43,696 nucleotides of DNA, from IMG/VR virus record IMGVR_UViG_2870490042_000005; one strand, written 5' to 3'. Within the stretch, counting starts at the first letter, position 1. Each line of letters begins with the position of its first letter. This stretch comes from a virus (Duplodnaviria > Heunggongvirae > Uroviricota > Caudoviricetes). The notes under the pieces are model-generated. The model saw only the letters and a program-made list of their open reading frames with translations, had not been told where the DNA came from and ran no database searches. Of this stretch, positions 10,660 to 25,645 are shown piece by piece. Both the position numbers and the translations under genes were made by a program.

Positions 10660-11300
10660 TTGTCGGTATACCTCTCTCGTTTGCTCAGTTGTTCAGGAAT
10701 ATGGTGCAGCAGCTCGCCATCACCACAGTAAATGGCGGCATGATTCGGCACCGATGAACCAAAACAGCACAGCAGCACATCGCCCGGTTGTGCTGATGAC
10801 AACGGCACCTGATACAGCCCTGTGGCCTCCAGATTATCCAGATAGAGATTCTGACCGTTACGCCACCAGTCATCCTCACGATGAAAGTCCGGCATCTCAA
10901 TCCCCGCCAGATGATAAGCATCCCGGAACAGTGTGTAACAGTCCGTCACACCGTGCTCAAAGCGCCGCCCGGTGAGATGCGGCACACAGCGGAACTTATG
11001 AATCGTCCCCCGGCAGACCAGCCACCACGGCAAATCACTCTGCACCTGCAGCCGCCGGTCGGCCTCACTCAGCCAGGGCAGACCACCGGGGTGGCTGTGG
11101 ACCAGCGCCACAATCTCACCCTGCATTTCTGCCTGCAGCCAGTCTTCCGGCGACATACGGAAATACGCCTCCGGCTCACCGGAGATATTCACGCAGGGAA
11201 AATATCTTTCCCCCTCCGGCGTGCTTACCACGAAGCCGCACGACTCCGCTGGCGCACATCGCCGGGCGTGCGCCAGAATCGCTGATTCTGTCTGTGTCAT
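10557..11300 (-). CDS. K: Tail assembly protein K (NlpC/P60 + JAB/MPN domains)
   Basis: 247 aa, lambda K-like; overlaps I as in lambda. Confidence 0.9.
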   Translation of the reverse strand: MTQTESAILAHARRCAPAESCGFVVSTPEGERYFPCVNISGEPEAYFRMSPEDWLQAEMQGEIVALVHSHPGGLPWLSEADRRLQVQSDLPWWLVCRGTIHKFRCVPHLTGRRFEHGVTDCYTLFRDAYHLAGIEMPDFHREDDWWRNGQNLYLDNLEATGLYQVPLSSAQPGDVLLCCFGSSVPNHAAIYCGDGELLHHIPEQLSKRERYTDKWQRRTHSLWRHRAWRASAFTGICNDLAAASTFV

Positions 11301-11305
11301 GGGAT

Positions 11306-12004
11306 TTACTGCGAAAGTTTGTTAATGGAAAGGAAGCCGCCAAAGTTGCCGACGTTATTGCGGAACTTACAACCGCTCAGGCATTTGCTGCATTTATCCT
11401 TCGTGATATCGGACGTTGGCTGGTCATATTCATCCGCGACAGCCGGACCGCTATAACCGCACTCGTCACCGCGATAGGTCCAGGTGCAGGTGTTGGCCAG
11501 CATGATACGTCCCGGAAAAACAGCGCCATCCGTTTCCGTCGGCGTGGACAGTACAAAGGAGGCACTCACCGCGCTCAGTTCGCTGCACTGCTCAATGCGC
11601 CAGCGGCTGATCACCTCCTGCTCCGGATCGGCGTAACTGTTTCCGTTGACGAAGTTCACCGCATCCAGAAAACGGGCGTAAACCTTACGCCGGACCACCG
11701 TTCCGCCGACCAGACTCTGCATATCTTCCGCCATCCCGGTGACCATACCGTACAGGTTAGAAACCGTCAGCGTGGGGCGCGTACTGGTGCCTTTGCCATT
11801 CAGTTCAAAACCGCTCCCCTGAATGGGATACGGCTGATACTGTCGCCCCTGCCAGGTGACCGGCTCACCTTTTTCGTTCTGCTCATTACAGAAAAAATAA
11901 CGTTCTCCACCGACCTCTGTCAGGTCGATTTCCCAGAGCACCACGCTGGCCGACTGCTCCGCACGGGTGCATTCATTCAGTGTTTCCTGCCGGATATCCT
12001 GCAT
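11306..12004 (-). CDS. L: Minor tail protein L
   Basis: 232 aa, lambda L-like. Confidence 0.9.
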   Translation of the reverse strand: MQDIRQETLNECTRAEQSASVVLWEIDLTEVGGERYFFCNEQNEKGEPVTWQGRQYQPYPIQGSGFELNGKGTSTRPTLTVSNLYGMVTGMAEDMQSLVGGTVVRRKVYARFLDAVNFVNGNSYADPEQEVISRWRIEQCSELSAVSASFVLSTPTETDGAVFPGRIMLANTCTWTYRGDECGYSGPAVADEYDQPTSDITKDKCSKCLSGCKFRNNVGNFGGFLSINKLSQ

Positions 12005-12333
12005 CAGTTCACCACCTGTTCAAACTCTGCGCTGAACTCAACACGCAACATACTGACCCGCGACGACCATTTTGCGCAGGTCACCTTTATCTGCCGCCAC
12101 TCATAAGGCGGCGTCCACAGAAAGGATTTCCAGCCCCCGTGCTCTTCCAGAAACGACTCCAGTACCGTGGCCTCCTCACGGGGGACAGAAAGCGTCACGC
12201 TGTACGTTTTCAGGTTGGCATTCAGCCCGGCAGGCGCTCGCTGAGAATAGCCATCACCAAAGCGCACCTTTCTTACAGAAGGGACCGAAGCCACATCCAT
12301 ACCGGGTTTCACTTTCCAGCGGAAGGTCTTCAT
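12004..12333 (-). CDS. M: Minor tail protein M
   Basis: 109 aa, lambda M-like. Confidence 0.9.
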   Translation of the reverse strand: MKTFRWKVKPGMDVASVPSVRKVRFGDGYSQRAPAGLNANLKTYSVTLSVPREEATVLESFLEEHGGWKSFLWTPPYEWRQIKVTCAKWSSRVSMLRVEFSAEFEQVVN

Positions 12334-14909
12334 CGTCCACCTCCGGAGAACAGGCCACCATCGCGCATCTGCCCGGTCACAACATCCATTGCCGCCTTAC
12401 GGGCTACGTCATAAACAGCCTTCAGCGCCTGTGGCCCTATCTGCCCGTTCGTGCCGTCGTTGTTAATCACCACATGGTTATTCTGCTCAAACGTCCCGGA
12501 CGCCTGCGACCGGCTGTCTGCCATGCTGCCCGGTGTACCGACATAACCGCCGGTGGCATAGCCGCGCATCAGCCGGTAAAGATTCCCCACGCCAATCCGG
12601 CTGGTTGCCTCCTTCGTGAAGACAAACTCACCACGGTGAACAATCCCCGCTGGCTCATATTTGCCGCCGGTTCCCGTAAATCCTCCGGTTGCAAAATGGA
12701 ATTTCGCCGCAGCGGCCTGAATGGCTGTACCGCCTGACGCGGATGCGCCGCCACCAACAGCCCCGCCAATGGCGCTGCCGATACTCCCGACAATCCCCAC
12801 CATTGCCTGCTTAAGCAGAATTTCTGTCATCATGGACAGCACGGAACGGGTGAAGCTGCGCCAGTTCTGCTCACTGCCGGTCAGCATCGCCGCCATATTC
12901 TGTGCAATACCATCAAAGGTCTGCGTGGCTGCACTTTTTACCTGCGACATACTGTCCGTGGCGCTCTCTTCCCACTCACTCCAGCCGGACTTCAGGCCTG
13001 CCATCCAGTTCCCGCGAAGCTGGTCTTCAGCCGCCCAGGTCTTTTTCTGCTCTGACATGACGTTATTCAGCGCCAGCGGATTATCGCCATACTGTTCCTT
13101 CAGGCGCTGTTCCGTGGCTTCCCGTTCTGCCTGCCGGTCAGTCAGCCCCCGGCTTTTCGCATCAATGGCGGCCCGTTTTGCCCGTTGCTGCTGTGCGAAT
13201 TTATCCGCCTGCTGCGCCAGCGCGTTCAGGCGCTCCTGATACGTAACCTTGTCGCCAAGTGCAGCCAGCTGGCGTTTGTACTCCAGCGTCTCATCTTTAT
13301 GCGCCAGCAGGGATTTCTCCTGTGCAGACAGCTGGCGACGTTGCGCCGCCTCCTCCAGTACCGCGAACTGACTCTCCGCCTTCCACAAATCCCGGCGCTG
13401 CTGGCTGATTTTCTCATTTGCTCCGGCATGCTTCTCCAGCGTCCGGAGTTCAGCCTGAAGCGTCAGCAGGGCAGCATGAGCACTGTCTTCCTGACGATCG
13501 CCCGCAGACACCTTCACGCCGGACTGTTTCGGCTTTTTCAGCGTCGCTTCATAATCCTTTTTCGCCGCCGCCATCAGCGTGTTGTAATCCGCCTGCAGGA
13601 TTTTCCCGTCTTTCAGTGCCTTGTTCAGTTCTTCCTGACGGGCGGTATATTTCTCCAGCGGCGTCTGCAGCCGTTCGTAAGCCTTCTGCGCCTCTTCGGT
13701 ATATTTCAGCCGTGATGCCTCAGACTCGGCCCAGTCCTTTGCTGCCATCTCTCTGGCCTTTTCAAGATCGGCCTGCAACGTGGCGGCTGAAAGCCCAAGT
13801 TGCGCATTCGCTCTGTCCTCCCATGCTCCCCGGAGATTGGCAAGAAATGCTGAGGTTTTACCGCGCCGGTGGCTCCGACTCTGATACCACTGCCATTTTT
13901 TGTCCGCCTCATCAAAAGCCTTTTCTGCTTTCTCCAGCATTCCCTGGGCAGTGTCCGGGCGACCAATATCCAGCACCGAATCCCACATGGATTTGAATGC
14001 CCGTGCTGTCCTGTCTGCCCAGGTCTCCAGCGTGCCCATGTTCTCTTTCAGGCGGCGGGTCTGGTCATCAAACCCTTTCGTTGCGGCCTCGTTCGCCGCC
14101 TGCAATGCCCCGGCTTCATCTCCGGAACGCTGCAACTGAGCAACATACGCAATCTGCTCCGCCGTCACGTTACGGAACTGACGTGCCATCGCTGTCAGTC
14201 CCGACGTCGGGTCTGTGGTCAGCTTCCCGAAGGCTTCAGCGACCTTGTCCACCTCCACGCCGGATGCAGAGGAGAAACGCGCCACACTCTGGCTGATCGC
14301 CTCAAACTGCTCACCACCACGCACACCGGCATTCACCAGCGCCGTCAGTGACTCGCTGGTCTGGTTAAACGTCAGCCCTGCCGCCTGCCCGGCTCTGGAC
14401 AGGGCCAGAATACGATCTGCCGTCAGTCCCGCCTGATTGCCGGAAAGGACCAGCGTTTTGTTGAAATCGGACAGGGTTGAGTTGCCCTGATACCAGGCAT
14501 ACGCCAGCGCACCGGTCGCCACCGCCAGCGAGGTGGCCCCCACCATCGGCAGGGTGATCGCACCGGCAAGCCCCCTGAACATGGGGATCATCCCGCCGAA
14601 GGAGTCCTTAACCTGACCACCCTGTTGCAGCAGGATCAGCCACGGACTTTGCCCGCCTGCAAGCTGCGTGGCCACGTCGGTGAACTGTGCAGGCAGCATA
14701 CGCATGGCGGCTTTATACTGCCCGACGGAAATCCCCGCTTTCTGTGCAGCCAGCGCCTGTCGGCTCAGCGACTGTTCAACGACTGCCGCTGTTTTTTTCG
14801 CATCAGTTTCCGTACCGGAAAAATGACGCCTGACTCTGGCCATCTGCTCGTCAAATCTGGCCGCATCCAGACTTAAATCAACGACCAGATCGCCTACCGG
14901 TTCAGCCAT
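12330..14909 (-). CDS. H: Tail tape measure protein H
   Basis: 859 aa, lambda H-like throughout. Confidence 0.9.
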   Translation of the reverse strand: MAEPVGDLVVDLSLDAARFDEQMARVRRHFSGTETDAKKTAAVVEQSLSRQALAAQKAGISVGQYKAAMRMLPAQFTDVATQLAGGQSPWLILLQQGGQVKDSFGGMIPMFRGLAGAITLPMVGATSLAVATGALAYAWYQGNSTLSDFNKTLVLSGNQAGLTADRILALSRAGQAAGLTFNQTSESLTALVNAGVRGGEQFEAISQSVARFSSASGVEVDKVAEAFGKLTTDPTSGLTAMARQFRNVTAEQIAYVAQLQRSGDEAGALQAANEAATKGFDDQTRRLKENMGTLETWADRTARAFKSMWDSVLDIGRPDTAQGMLEKAEKAFDEADKKWQWYQSRSHRRGKTSAFLANLRGAWEDRANAQLGLSAATLQADLEKAREMAAKDWAESEASRLKYTEEAQKAYERLQTPLEKYTARQEELNKALKDGKILQADYNTLMAAAKKDYEATLKKPKQSGVKVSAGDRQEDSAHAALLTLQAELRTLEKHAGANEKISQQRRDLWKAESQFAVLEEAAQRRQLSAQEKSLLAHKDETLEYKRQLAALGDKVTYQERLNALAQQADKFAQQQRAKRAAIDAKSRGLTDRQAEREATEQRLKEQYGDNPLALNNVMSEQKKTWAAEDQLRGNWMAGLKSGWSEWEESATDSMSQVKSAATQTFDGIAQNMAAMLTGSEQNWRSFTRSVLSMMTEILLKQAMVGIVGSIGSAIGGAVGGGASASGGTAIQAAAAKFHFATGGFTGTGGKYEPAGIVHRGEFVFTKEATSRIGVGNLYRLMRGYATGGYVGTPGSMADSRSQASGTFEQNNHVVINNDGTNGQIGPQALKAVYDVARKAAMDVVTGQMRDGGLFSGGGR

Positions 14910-15336
14910 ACCGGACTCCTCCTGCGATCCCTTCTGATACTGTCATCAGCATTACGTCATCCTCCGTCATGTCCGCCACATCCGGGGAAGTAGGGATAAC
15001 TTCATTCCCGTCCGGGCCAAAGCGGACACCTCCGGCAAGCCCTGCCGCTTTCTGCATCAGCACATCATCTTCAGGCTCTTCGTCAGCCTCGCGCCGGTTC
15101 AGCAGACTGAAATCCAGCGGATGCATATCCGGATCGCTGAAAAACAGGCTGAGCACGGTGTACGTCAGCCCGGAAAAGTGCATATCCAGCAGAACATCAT
15201 GAAAATAATGGGTACTGTAAAAGCGGTGCCAGTCGGCATACTCCGTGGATGACATCCCGGCAAGCATGGCGCGCCAGTCAGGTCGCCCCATCTCACGCGC
15301 CAGTTTCAGGGCAAAACTCAGCTCACCGTCGAACAC
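14902..15336 (-). CDS. T: Tail assembly chaperone T region (expressed as G-T by -1 frameshift)
   Basis: 144 aa, lambda T-like; overlaps 3' end of G. Confidence 0.85.
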   Translation of the reverse strand: MFDGELSFALKLAREMGRPDWRAMLAGMSSTEYADWHRFYSTHYFHDVLLDMHFSGLTYTVLSLFFSDPDMHPLDFSLLNRREADEEPEDDVLMQKAAGLAGGVRFGPDGNEVIPTSPDVADMTEDDVMLMTVSEGIAGGVRYG

Positions 15337-15740
15337 TTTCCCGCAGAAACAGGCTCTGCAGGCCCGGCGTCCTCTGCCTGTTCAGGGGCATCATTCACAA
15401 CAAACTCAGACATACCGGACAGACGCATTACCACATTTTCAGCCTGAGCAATTGCCTCTGTGGGCCAGGTGGTAAGCACTTCCTGCTCAATTTGTTTAAC
15501 GGCTTCATTCATGGACGGCATCTTTGTCTTCTGCGGATGGTTATGCCACAGGGACATCGCCACCAGAAAAGCACCGGTTCTGACGAGATCTTCCACGCTC
15601 ACCTGTCGATTGAGACTGGATCCCGCCTGTTCTGCCTGTCGTTTCAGCAGGGCGAGATGCTCAATTCGCTGCAGGGCTGACAGTTCAGAAAGCGTGACGC
15701 TCATACCGTTATATTCAAATGATTCGGTTTTCAGGAACAT
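15318..15740 (-). CDS. G: Tail assembly chaperone G
   Basis: 140 aa, lambda G-like. Confidence 0.9.
   Translation of the reverse strand: MFLKTESFEYNGMSVTLSELSALQRIEHLALLKRQAEQAGSSLNRQVSVEDLVRTGAFLVAMSLWHNHPQKTKMPSMNEAVKQIEQEVLTTWPTEAIAQAENVVMRLSGMSEFVVNDAPEQAEDAGPAEPVSAGKCSTVS
15336..15342 (-). promoter_or_regulatory. Candidate G-T programmed -1 frameshift slippery heptamer GGGAAAG
   Basis: Reverse complement of ctttccc at the G/T overlap. Confidence 0.5.
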
Positions 15741-15755
15741 CGCTGACTCTCCGGA

Positions 15756-16496
15756 TTAACTGTCGGTGACGGTGATTCCTGCAACCACAGCAAGTTCACC
15801 ATTACCGGATACAACCGGAATGTTGACCTTGCCTGCAGCAACACCTTTCACGGTGATGGTCATACCACTGACCGACACGGTGGCTTTTGTTTTATCCGCA
15901 GACACCGCACGGAAGCTCTTGTCGGTTGCGCCTTCCGGCTGGAATGCCACGGTCAGCGTGATGCTCCGCCCTTTCACCACCGAAGTGCTGGCAGGCGTCA
16001 CGGTCATGCCGGTTGCCGCTGTTACCGTGCTGCGATCTTCTGCCATCGACGGACGTCCCACGTTGGTGACTTTCACCGTGCGGGTGATCACTTCCTTCGC
16101 CGTCACCGCCTTACCGATACTGCTGACCCAGCCGCGGAACACATCGACCGTGCCGTTCGGGAAGCGGATTTTATAGGCACGGGTATCCCCTTTATTAAAC
16201 CACGCCAGCAGCGCCTGCTGCCCCTGCTCTCCGGGCATCCACGCCAGCGTGAAGCTGGTATCTCCGGCAGATTTCTGCCCCTGCCCGGTCGCAGTCCAGT
16301 CCGCATTTTCATCATCGAGATAGCTGTCGTCATAGGACTCAGCGGTCAGTTCGCCGGGCGTCAGGTCTTTAACTTTTGCCAGACGCGACCAGTCAACGTC
16401 TGAAAGCGGATTCGCATAAGGGTCACCGCTCCCGTTATAAACCCACAGGGTGGTCCCGGCCCCTTTCACCGGTGCCAGAGGATTTGGTGTTGGCAT
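15756..16496 (-). CDS. V: Major tail protein V
   Basis: Lambda V-like; start taken at [14 protein letters not shown] (ORF track start is further upstream). Confidence 0.9.
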   Translation of the reverse strand: MPTPNPLAPVKGAGTTLWVYNGSGDPYANPLSDVDWSRLAKVKDLTPGELTAESYDDSYLDDENADWTATGQGQKSAGDTSFTLAWMPGEQGQQALLAWFNKGDTRAYKIRFPNGTVDVFRGWVSSIGKAVTAKEVITRTVKVTNVGRPSMAEDRSTVTAATGMTVTPASTSVVKGRSITLTVAFQPEGATDKSFRAVSADKTKATVSVSGMTITVKGVAAGKVNIPVVSGNGELAVVAGITVTDS

Positions 16497-16503
16497 ATCG
16501 TCC

Positions 16504-16899
16504 TCACATTTCATAGGTAATGACATAAGTCAGATCGGCTGAACTCCACAGGCCCGCATCATCGTCGCGCCGGTAGTCATAGCCACTGGCCACCATACTG
16601 GTGATCAAATCTGACAGCGCCGGGATATCGCTCATCACCGGATAAATCCGGGACTCCATCCACGAATCCAGCTCTGAATCCGGCACCTGAGCAGGCAGGA
16701 AAACTTCAATATGCAGCTCCGCCTGCCAGGTATCGCTGTCCAGCTCTTCGCCCGTGTATTCAGCGCCGGTGAGATAAACGGCAATTGCCGGAAAATCTTC
16801 CTCATCAAAAGCAGCGGGGCGACCATCAAAAAGCGTCGCCCCGGTGTCATGCTTCTCCAGTGCATCCAGTACGGCTGCACGGAGTTCAGTATGTTTCAT
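16504..16899 (-). CDS. U: Tail terminator protein U
   Basis: 131 aa, lambda U-like. Confidence 0.9.
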   Translation of the reverse strand: MKHTELRAAVLDALEKHDTGATLFDGRPAAFDEEDFPAIAVYLTGAEYTGEELDSDTWQAELHIEVFLPAQVPDSELDSWMESRIYPVMSDIPALSDLITSMVASGYDYRRDDDAGLWSSADLTYVITYEM

Positions 16900-17474
16900 C
16901 GCTTTATTACCATCCTCAGTTGATGCTGCAGCGCATAGCCCAGCTCTTTCGGAAGACGTTCACGCCGTATCCGCTCAATATTTTGTTTAAACGCCGTGGT
17001 CAGCGGCACCGCCATCGGGATTTTCACCACATCAATGGGGTAACGGTTTTTCCCGGCCACACGCTGCATGACATGCCACCGGCCATTTTTCAGTTGCTGA
17101 ATAAACGCGCCGGGAATACGACGGTTACCCACCACAAGCACGCTGCCGCCACCTTTCAGGGATGAACGCTGCCCCTTTTTACGACGCCTGCGGCGCGAAA
17201 GGACAACCCGCGCATTACCCAGCCTGATTACGGGCAAATCCCCCCGGTTAACTTTGATTCTGGCCTGCGGATTTTTGACCGTGGCCCTTTTCAGCCTGGC
17301 CCTTTCCTTTACCAGTTTCCGGCGTACCTTTGTCTCACGGGCAACCTGTGACGCCGACTGCGATATCGCGGATGACGCAACGCGGTTAATGGCCATTGCG
17401 GCGGCACCGGGCACCGCCGTTCTGCTGATACGGCTGAGGTTTTCAACGGCCTGCTCAAGACCTTTTATGGCCAT
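16896..17474 (-). CDS. Z: Tail completion protein Z
   Basis: 192 aa, lambda Z-like. Confidence 0.9.
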   Translation of the reverse strand: MAIKGLEQAVENLSRISRTAVPGAAAMAINRVASSAISQSASQVARETKVRRKLVKERARLKRATVKNPQARIKVNRGDLPVIRLGNARVVLSRRRRRKKGQRSSLKGGGSVLVVGNRRIPGAFIQQLKNGRWHVMQRVAGKNRYPIDVVKIPMAVPLTTAFKQNIERIRRERLPKELGYALQHQLRMVIKR

Positions 17475-17485
17475 TCATCCCCCTT

Positions 17486-17839
17486 TCAGCGGCGACGGTT
17501 AACGGCAGGCGGTACGCCCCGCCCAAGCCAGAGATGACAGCTTCCGCCATCATCCGGCGAAATCCGGTCTATCCAGAAGTTTTCCTCACCGATGGTCAGC
17601 ATGTCGCCGCGCCGCAGCTGCCGCACATCATCAGTCCGGACAAACAGGGACGGGCTGGAGCCTTCAACGCGCACGCCCTGTCCGGCATAGCTGATATTTT
17701 CAGGGTCATCAAAAACACCACGTATCACAGCACCGGACTGCTCACCGGATGTCATGGTGGCTGACGTTCCCATGTACCCGCGTATCGTTTCATCGGCGCA
17801 GGCAATGGCAGCATCGAACAGGTTATCGAAATCAGCCAC
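17486..17839 (-). CDS. FII: Head-tail joining protein FII
   Basis: 117 aa, lambda FII-like. Confidence 0.9.
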   Translation of the reverse strand: MADFDNLFDAAIACADETIRGYMGTSATMTSGEQSGAVIRGVFDDPENISYAGQGVRVEGSSPSLFVRTDDVRQLRRGDMLTIGEENFWIDRISPDDGGSCHLWLGRGVPPAVNRRR

Positions 17840-17850
17840 AGCGCCTCCCG

Positions 17851-18246
17851 TTATTGCATTCTGGCCAGGCCGCGCTCTGTCATTTCAGCTGCCACACCGG
17901 CAGAGACACGAAACGCCGTTCCCGGCAGCACAAATGCCACAGCCTCATCCCGCGTGGCGTGAAGTGCATCAGTATGCAGCGTCACCAGTGCCACAACCGT
18001 GACCAGATCAGCCGTATCAGTCACGGTATCCGGCTGCGCTGATACAACCTCATTTTCATGCACGGTCAGCACATTTTCCGGGCTGACAGACGTGTCCTGA
18101 CCGGCTGCGTCATCCGTGTCATCAAGCTCCTCTTCCAGCTCTGCCACACGGAGCGCCAGTTCTTCTTTCGTCCCCGTCAGGCTGACATCACGGTTCAGTT
18201 GCTCACCCAGCGAACGGAGACGGGCAATCAGTTCATCTTTCGTCAT
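17851..18246 (-). CDS. FI: DNA packaging protein FI
   Basis: Lambda FI-like; start taken at MTKDELIARLRSLG. Confidence 0.85.
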   Translation of the reverse strand: MTKDELIARLRSLGEQLNRDVSLTGTKEELALRVAELEEELDDTDDAAGQDTSVSPENVLTVHENEVVSAQPDTVTDTADLVTVVALVTLHTDALHATRDEAVAFVLPGTAFRVSAGVAAEMTERGLARMQ

Positions 18247-18287
18247 GGACTCCTCCACAGAGAGAAAATGGCCCCGAAGGGCCATGA

Positions 18288-19313
18288 TTACGCCAGTTGA
18301 ACGGACACGAACTCATCAGGATCAGCCAGCAGCATCAGCGGTGCTGACTGAATCATGGTGAACTCTCGCGCCGGATCGCCGGATGTCTTCCAGTTTTTCG
18401 GATAACGGGGAGACGCATTAATACCCTCACTCAATGCATCCGCATCCTGAATACAGCCATAGGTGCGCAGACCGCGTGCATGAGTGTTACCCAGCACCAT
18501 CGTGTTGTCCGGCAGGAAGTTCTTTTTGACGCCGTTTTCCACGTACTGTCCGGAATACACGACGATGGCCACATCGCCATACATTCCCTTATAAGACACC
18601 GCTTTGCCCAGGTCTTTTACCGCTGTCTCCAGTTCGGAATGAGAGCCGCGACGGGTATCCAGCTTCTCCCTGACGGCTTTGAAGGAACGGAACAGCGCCC
18701 AGCCTTTCGGGTCAAACACGATGATATTCACCACACCGCTGGCGTTCAGCGCGTAGGCTTCGATATCGTCGGTCGGGTCATACGTGGACTTGTCGCGCTT
18801 GCTCCACCCCGTGCTGCCGGACTGCGTGATGTTATTCGCTTCACTGCGACCCATATCCACCTCAACCGGATCGAAGGCTTCACCGGTCATGGTGTATTTG
18901 CCCTTAAGCACGGCAGAAACTGCCTGCATCTCTTCGACCTGAGCAATGGCCAGCTCTTCGTCACGCATGTTCTGCATGATGATGCGACGGCGGCGGTAAG
19001 CCGGGTCCGCCAGATTCTGCGGATCTTCATCCGGCAGGCGACGCAGGGTCATCTGCGGATTCACTTCATGCTTCGGCTTGACATATCCCGGCGTAAATTC
19101 AGAGGTGGAGCCGCCACGGGAACGGATAACCTCACCGGAAACAATCGGCGAAACGTACAGCGCCATGTTTACCAGTCCCGGAATTTGTGAGAGATAGACT
19201 TTCTCCGTAGTGAAGGGATAGCTCTCACGGAAAAAGAGACGCAGAAACAGCGGATCAAACTTAAATTTCTGCTCATTTGCCGCCAGCAGCTGGGCGGTTG
19301 TGTACATCGACAT
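18288..19313 (-). CDS. E: Major capsid protein E
   Basis: Lambda E-like; start taken at MSMYTTAQLLAANE. Confidence 0.9.
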   Translation of the reverse strand: MSMYTTAQLLAANEQKFKFDPLFLRLFFRESYPFTTEKVYLSQIPGLVNMALYVSPIVSGEVIRSRGGSTSEFTPGYVKPKHEVNPQMTLRRLPDEDPQNLADPAYRRRRIIMQNMRDEELAIAQVEEMQAVSAVLKGKYTMTGEAFDPVEVDMGRSEANNITQSGSTGWSKRDKSTYDPTDDIEAYALNASGVVNIIVFDPKGWALFRSFKAVREKLDTRRGSHSELETAVKDLGKAVSYKGMYGDVAIVVYSGQYVENGVKKNFLPDNTMVLGNTHARGLRTYGCIQDADALSEGINASPRYPKNWKTSGDPAREFTMIQSAPLMLLADPDEFVSVQLA

Positions 19314-19368
19314 AAAAAAATCCCGTAAAAAAAGCCGCACAGGCGGCCTTTAGTGATGAAGGGTCAGG

Positions 19369-19701
19369 TTAAACGATGCTGATTGCCGTTCCGGCAAACG
19401 CGGTCCGTTTTTTCGCCTCGTCGCTGGCAGCCTCCGGCCAGAGCACATCCTCATAACGGAACGTGCCGGACTTGTAGAACGTCAGCGTGGTGCTGGTCTG
19501 GTCAGCAGCAACAGCAAGAATGCCAACGGCAGCACCGTCGGTGGTGCCATCCCACGCAACCAGCTTACGGGTGGAGGTATCCGGCATCAACGGAGTCATT
19601 GCTGGCGTTTTCTTACTCAATCCGCCGGGCGCGGTTGCGGTATGAGCCGGGTCACTGTTGCCCAGCGGCTGGTAATGGGTAAAGGTTTCTTTGCTCGTCA
19701 T
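19369..19701 (-). CDS. D: Head decoration protein D
   Basis: Lambda D-like; start taken at [12 protein letters not shown]. Confidence 0.9.
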   Translation of the reverse strand: MTSKETFTHYQPLGNSDPAHTATAPGGLSKKTPAMTPLMPDTSTRKLVAWDGTTDGAAVGILAVAADQTSTTLTFYKSGTFRYEDVLWPEAASDEAKKRTAFAGTAISIV

Positions 19702-19710
19702 AAACATCCC

Positions 19711-21010
19711 TTACACTGGTGTGTTCAGCAAATCGTTAACGGCATCAGATGCCGGGTTACCTGCAGCCAGCGGTGCCGGTGCCCCCTGCATCAGACGATC
19801 CAGCGCAGTGTCACTGCGCGCCTGTGCACTCTGTGGTGCTGCGGCCAGAATGCGGCGGGCCGTTTCCACGGTCATTCCGGGGGTTTCTGCCAGAACGCGC
19901 GCCTGTTCTTCGCGTCCGTGAGCCTCCTCACAGTTGAGGATCCCCATAATGCGGCTGTTTTCTGCCGCAACCGCAGCGGTGATCTGCGCGTTCACGTCCG
20001 GCTGCGCCGCGCTGGCGTTTTCGCCCTCCGTCGCTGGCACCACGTCAGTAACGTCAGCCTGCGAAGCAGTGGCTGAAACAGTTGTTGATTGAGTCTCTTT
20101 GGTCATTCGCCCTCCTGAGAGACGGGATTTACGTGCATCCAGTGCATCACGCATGACGGTGATCGCATCGGTGCTGTTGACAAGTTCATCAGCCAGTCCG
20201 GCATCAATGGCCTCCTGACCGCTGTACACTGCAGCCTCGGTATCCAGCACAGCCTGCACGGACAGGCCGGTATATGCCGACACCTTCTGCGCAAACATCC
20301 GGCGGGTTGCATCCATCCGGGACTGCAGTGTCTCCCGGACATCATCCGGTAGATGGCTGTAGGGGTTGCCATCCACCTTATGGCTGCCGCTGTAAATCAG
20401 CGTGATTTCCACGCCCTGTTTCTCCAGCGCAGCACCGTAATTACTGTGAGCCATCATGACGCCGATGGAGCCTGTCCGGGCGGTCTGCGTGACCAGACGC
20501 CGGGAGGCGGCACTGGCAAGCAGCTGACCTGCGCTGCAGTTCATGTCATTGGCCAGCGCCCATACCGGCTTTATGTCACGCACACGGGCGATGATGTCAG
20601 CGCAGTCAAATGCCCCTGCCACCATCCCGCCTGGCGTATCCATATCGAGCAGAATGCCATCCACCATCGGGTCGCTGGCAGCCTGTTGCAGACGGGCGAT
20701 AATGCCGTTGTAACCGGTCATTCCCGAATACGGCTGCAGCGCCCGCGTCCGGCTGACCAGCGTGCCGGACACCGCCAGCACGGCGATGCCGTTCATGACC
20801 TGATAACTGCGGGCTTGTCGTGGTCCGTCATCATCACCGGATAACGCCAGCGCCGCGGGTGCCTCTCCGGCAGTCAGGCTGTCGCCGGATACTGCATCCG
20901 TCAGGCGGCTGATCCCAAGCTGGCCTGCAAGCGCACAAAAGAAAACCCGCGCATAGGCGGGTTCAAGCATCAGCGGCTCATTAAAGGCCATGCTGGCAAT
21001 ATGCGGGAGA

Positions 21011-21030
<20 letters not shown>
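19711..21030 (-). CDS. C: Head maturation protease / scaffold C (S49 peptidase); Nu3 nested in 3' part in-frame
   Basis: Lambda C-like from TAELRNLPHIASMAF…; probable GTG start near 21030; overlaps end of B. Confidence 0.85.
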
Positions 21031-24711
<3,681 letters not shown>

Positions 24712-24737
<26 letters not shown>

Positions 24738-25257
24738 TCAGCAACCCCGGTATCAGTTCATCCAGCGCGGCTGCTTTGTTCATGGCTTTGATGATATCCC
24801 GTTTCAGGAAATCAACATGTCGGTTTTCCAGTTCCGGAAAACGCCGCTGCACCGACAGGGGGATCCCGTCGAGAATACTGGCAATTTCACCTGCGATCCG
24901 CGACAGCACGAAAGTACAGAATGCGGTTTCCACCACTTCAGCGGAGTCTCTGGCATTTTTCAGCTCCTGTGCGTCGGCCTGCGCACGCGTAAGTCGATGG
25001 CGTTCGTACTCAATAGTCCCTGGCTGGAGATCTGTCTCGCTGGCCTGCCGCAGTTCTTCAACTTCCCGGCGCAGCTTTTCGTTCTCAATTTCAGCATCCC
25101 TTTCGGCATACCATTTTATGACGGCGGCAGAATCATAAAGCACCTCATTACCCTTCCCACCACCCCGCAGAACGGGCATTCCCTGTTCCTGCCAGTTCTG
25201 AATGGTACGGATACTCGCACCGAAAATGTCAGCCAGCTGCTTTTTGTTGACTTCCAT
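24712..25257 (-). CDS. Nu1: Terminase small subunit Nu1
   Basis: 181 aa, essentially lambda Nu1 (MEVNKKQLADIFGASIRTIQNWQEQGMPV…). Confidence 0.95.
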
Positions 25258-25259
25258 TG

Positions 25260-25460
25260 TTCATTCCACGGACAAAAACAGAGAAAGGAAACGACAGAGG
25301 CCAAAAAGCTCGCTTTCAGCACCTGTCGTTTCCTTTCTTTTCAGAGGGTATTTTAAATAAAAACATTAAGTTATGACGAAGAAGAACGGAAACGCCTTAA
25401 ACCGGAAAATTTTCATAAATAGCGAAAACCCGCGAGGTCGCCGCCCCGTAACCTGTCGGA
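25260..25460 (-). promoter_or_regulatory. cos: cos site region (cosQ-cosN-cosB); cosN cohesive-end sequence at 25435..25446
   Basis: Reverse complement reads GGGCGGCGACCTCGCGGGTTTTCGCTATTTATGAAAATTTTCCGG…, the lambda cos sequence as I remember it. Confidence 0.8.
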
Positions 25461-25645
25461 TCGCCGGAAAGGACCCGCAAAATGATAATAATTATCATCT
25501 GCATGTCACAACGTGCATCTACGCCATCAAACCACGTCAAATAATCAATTATGACGCAGGTATCATATTAATTGATCTGCATCAACTTAACGTAAAAACA
25601 ACTTCAGACAATACAAATCAGCGACACTGAATACGGGACAACCTC

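Noticed and set aside
12721-14436. Plus-strand ORFs inside tape measure gene H
   Set aside because: Antisense to H; no independent support.
25373-25630. 85-aa plus-strand ORF spanning the cos site
   Set aside because: Overlaps cosN and cosB; AT-rich and low complexity; most likely non-coding.
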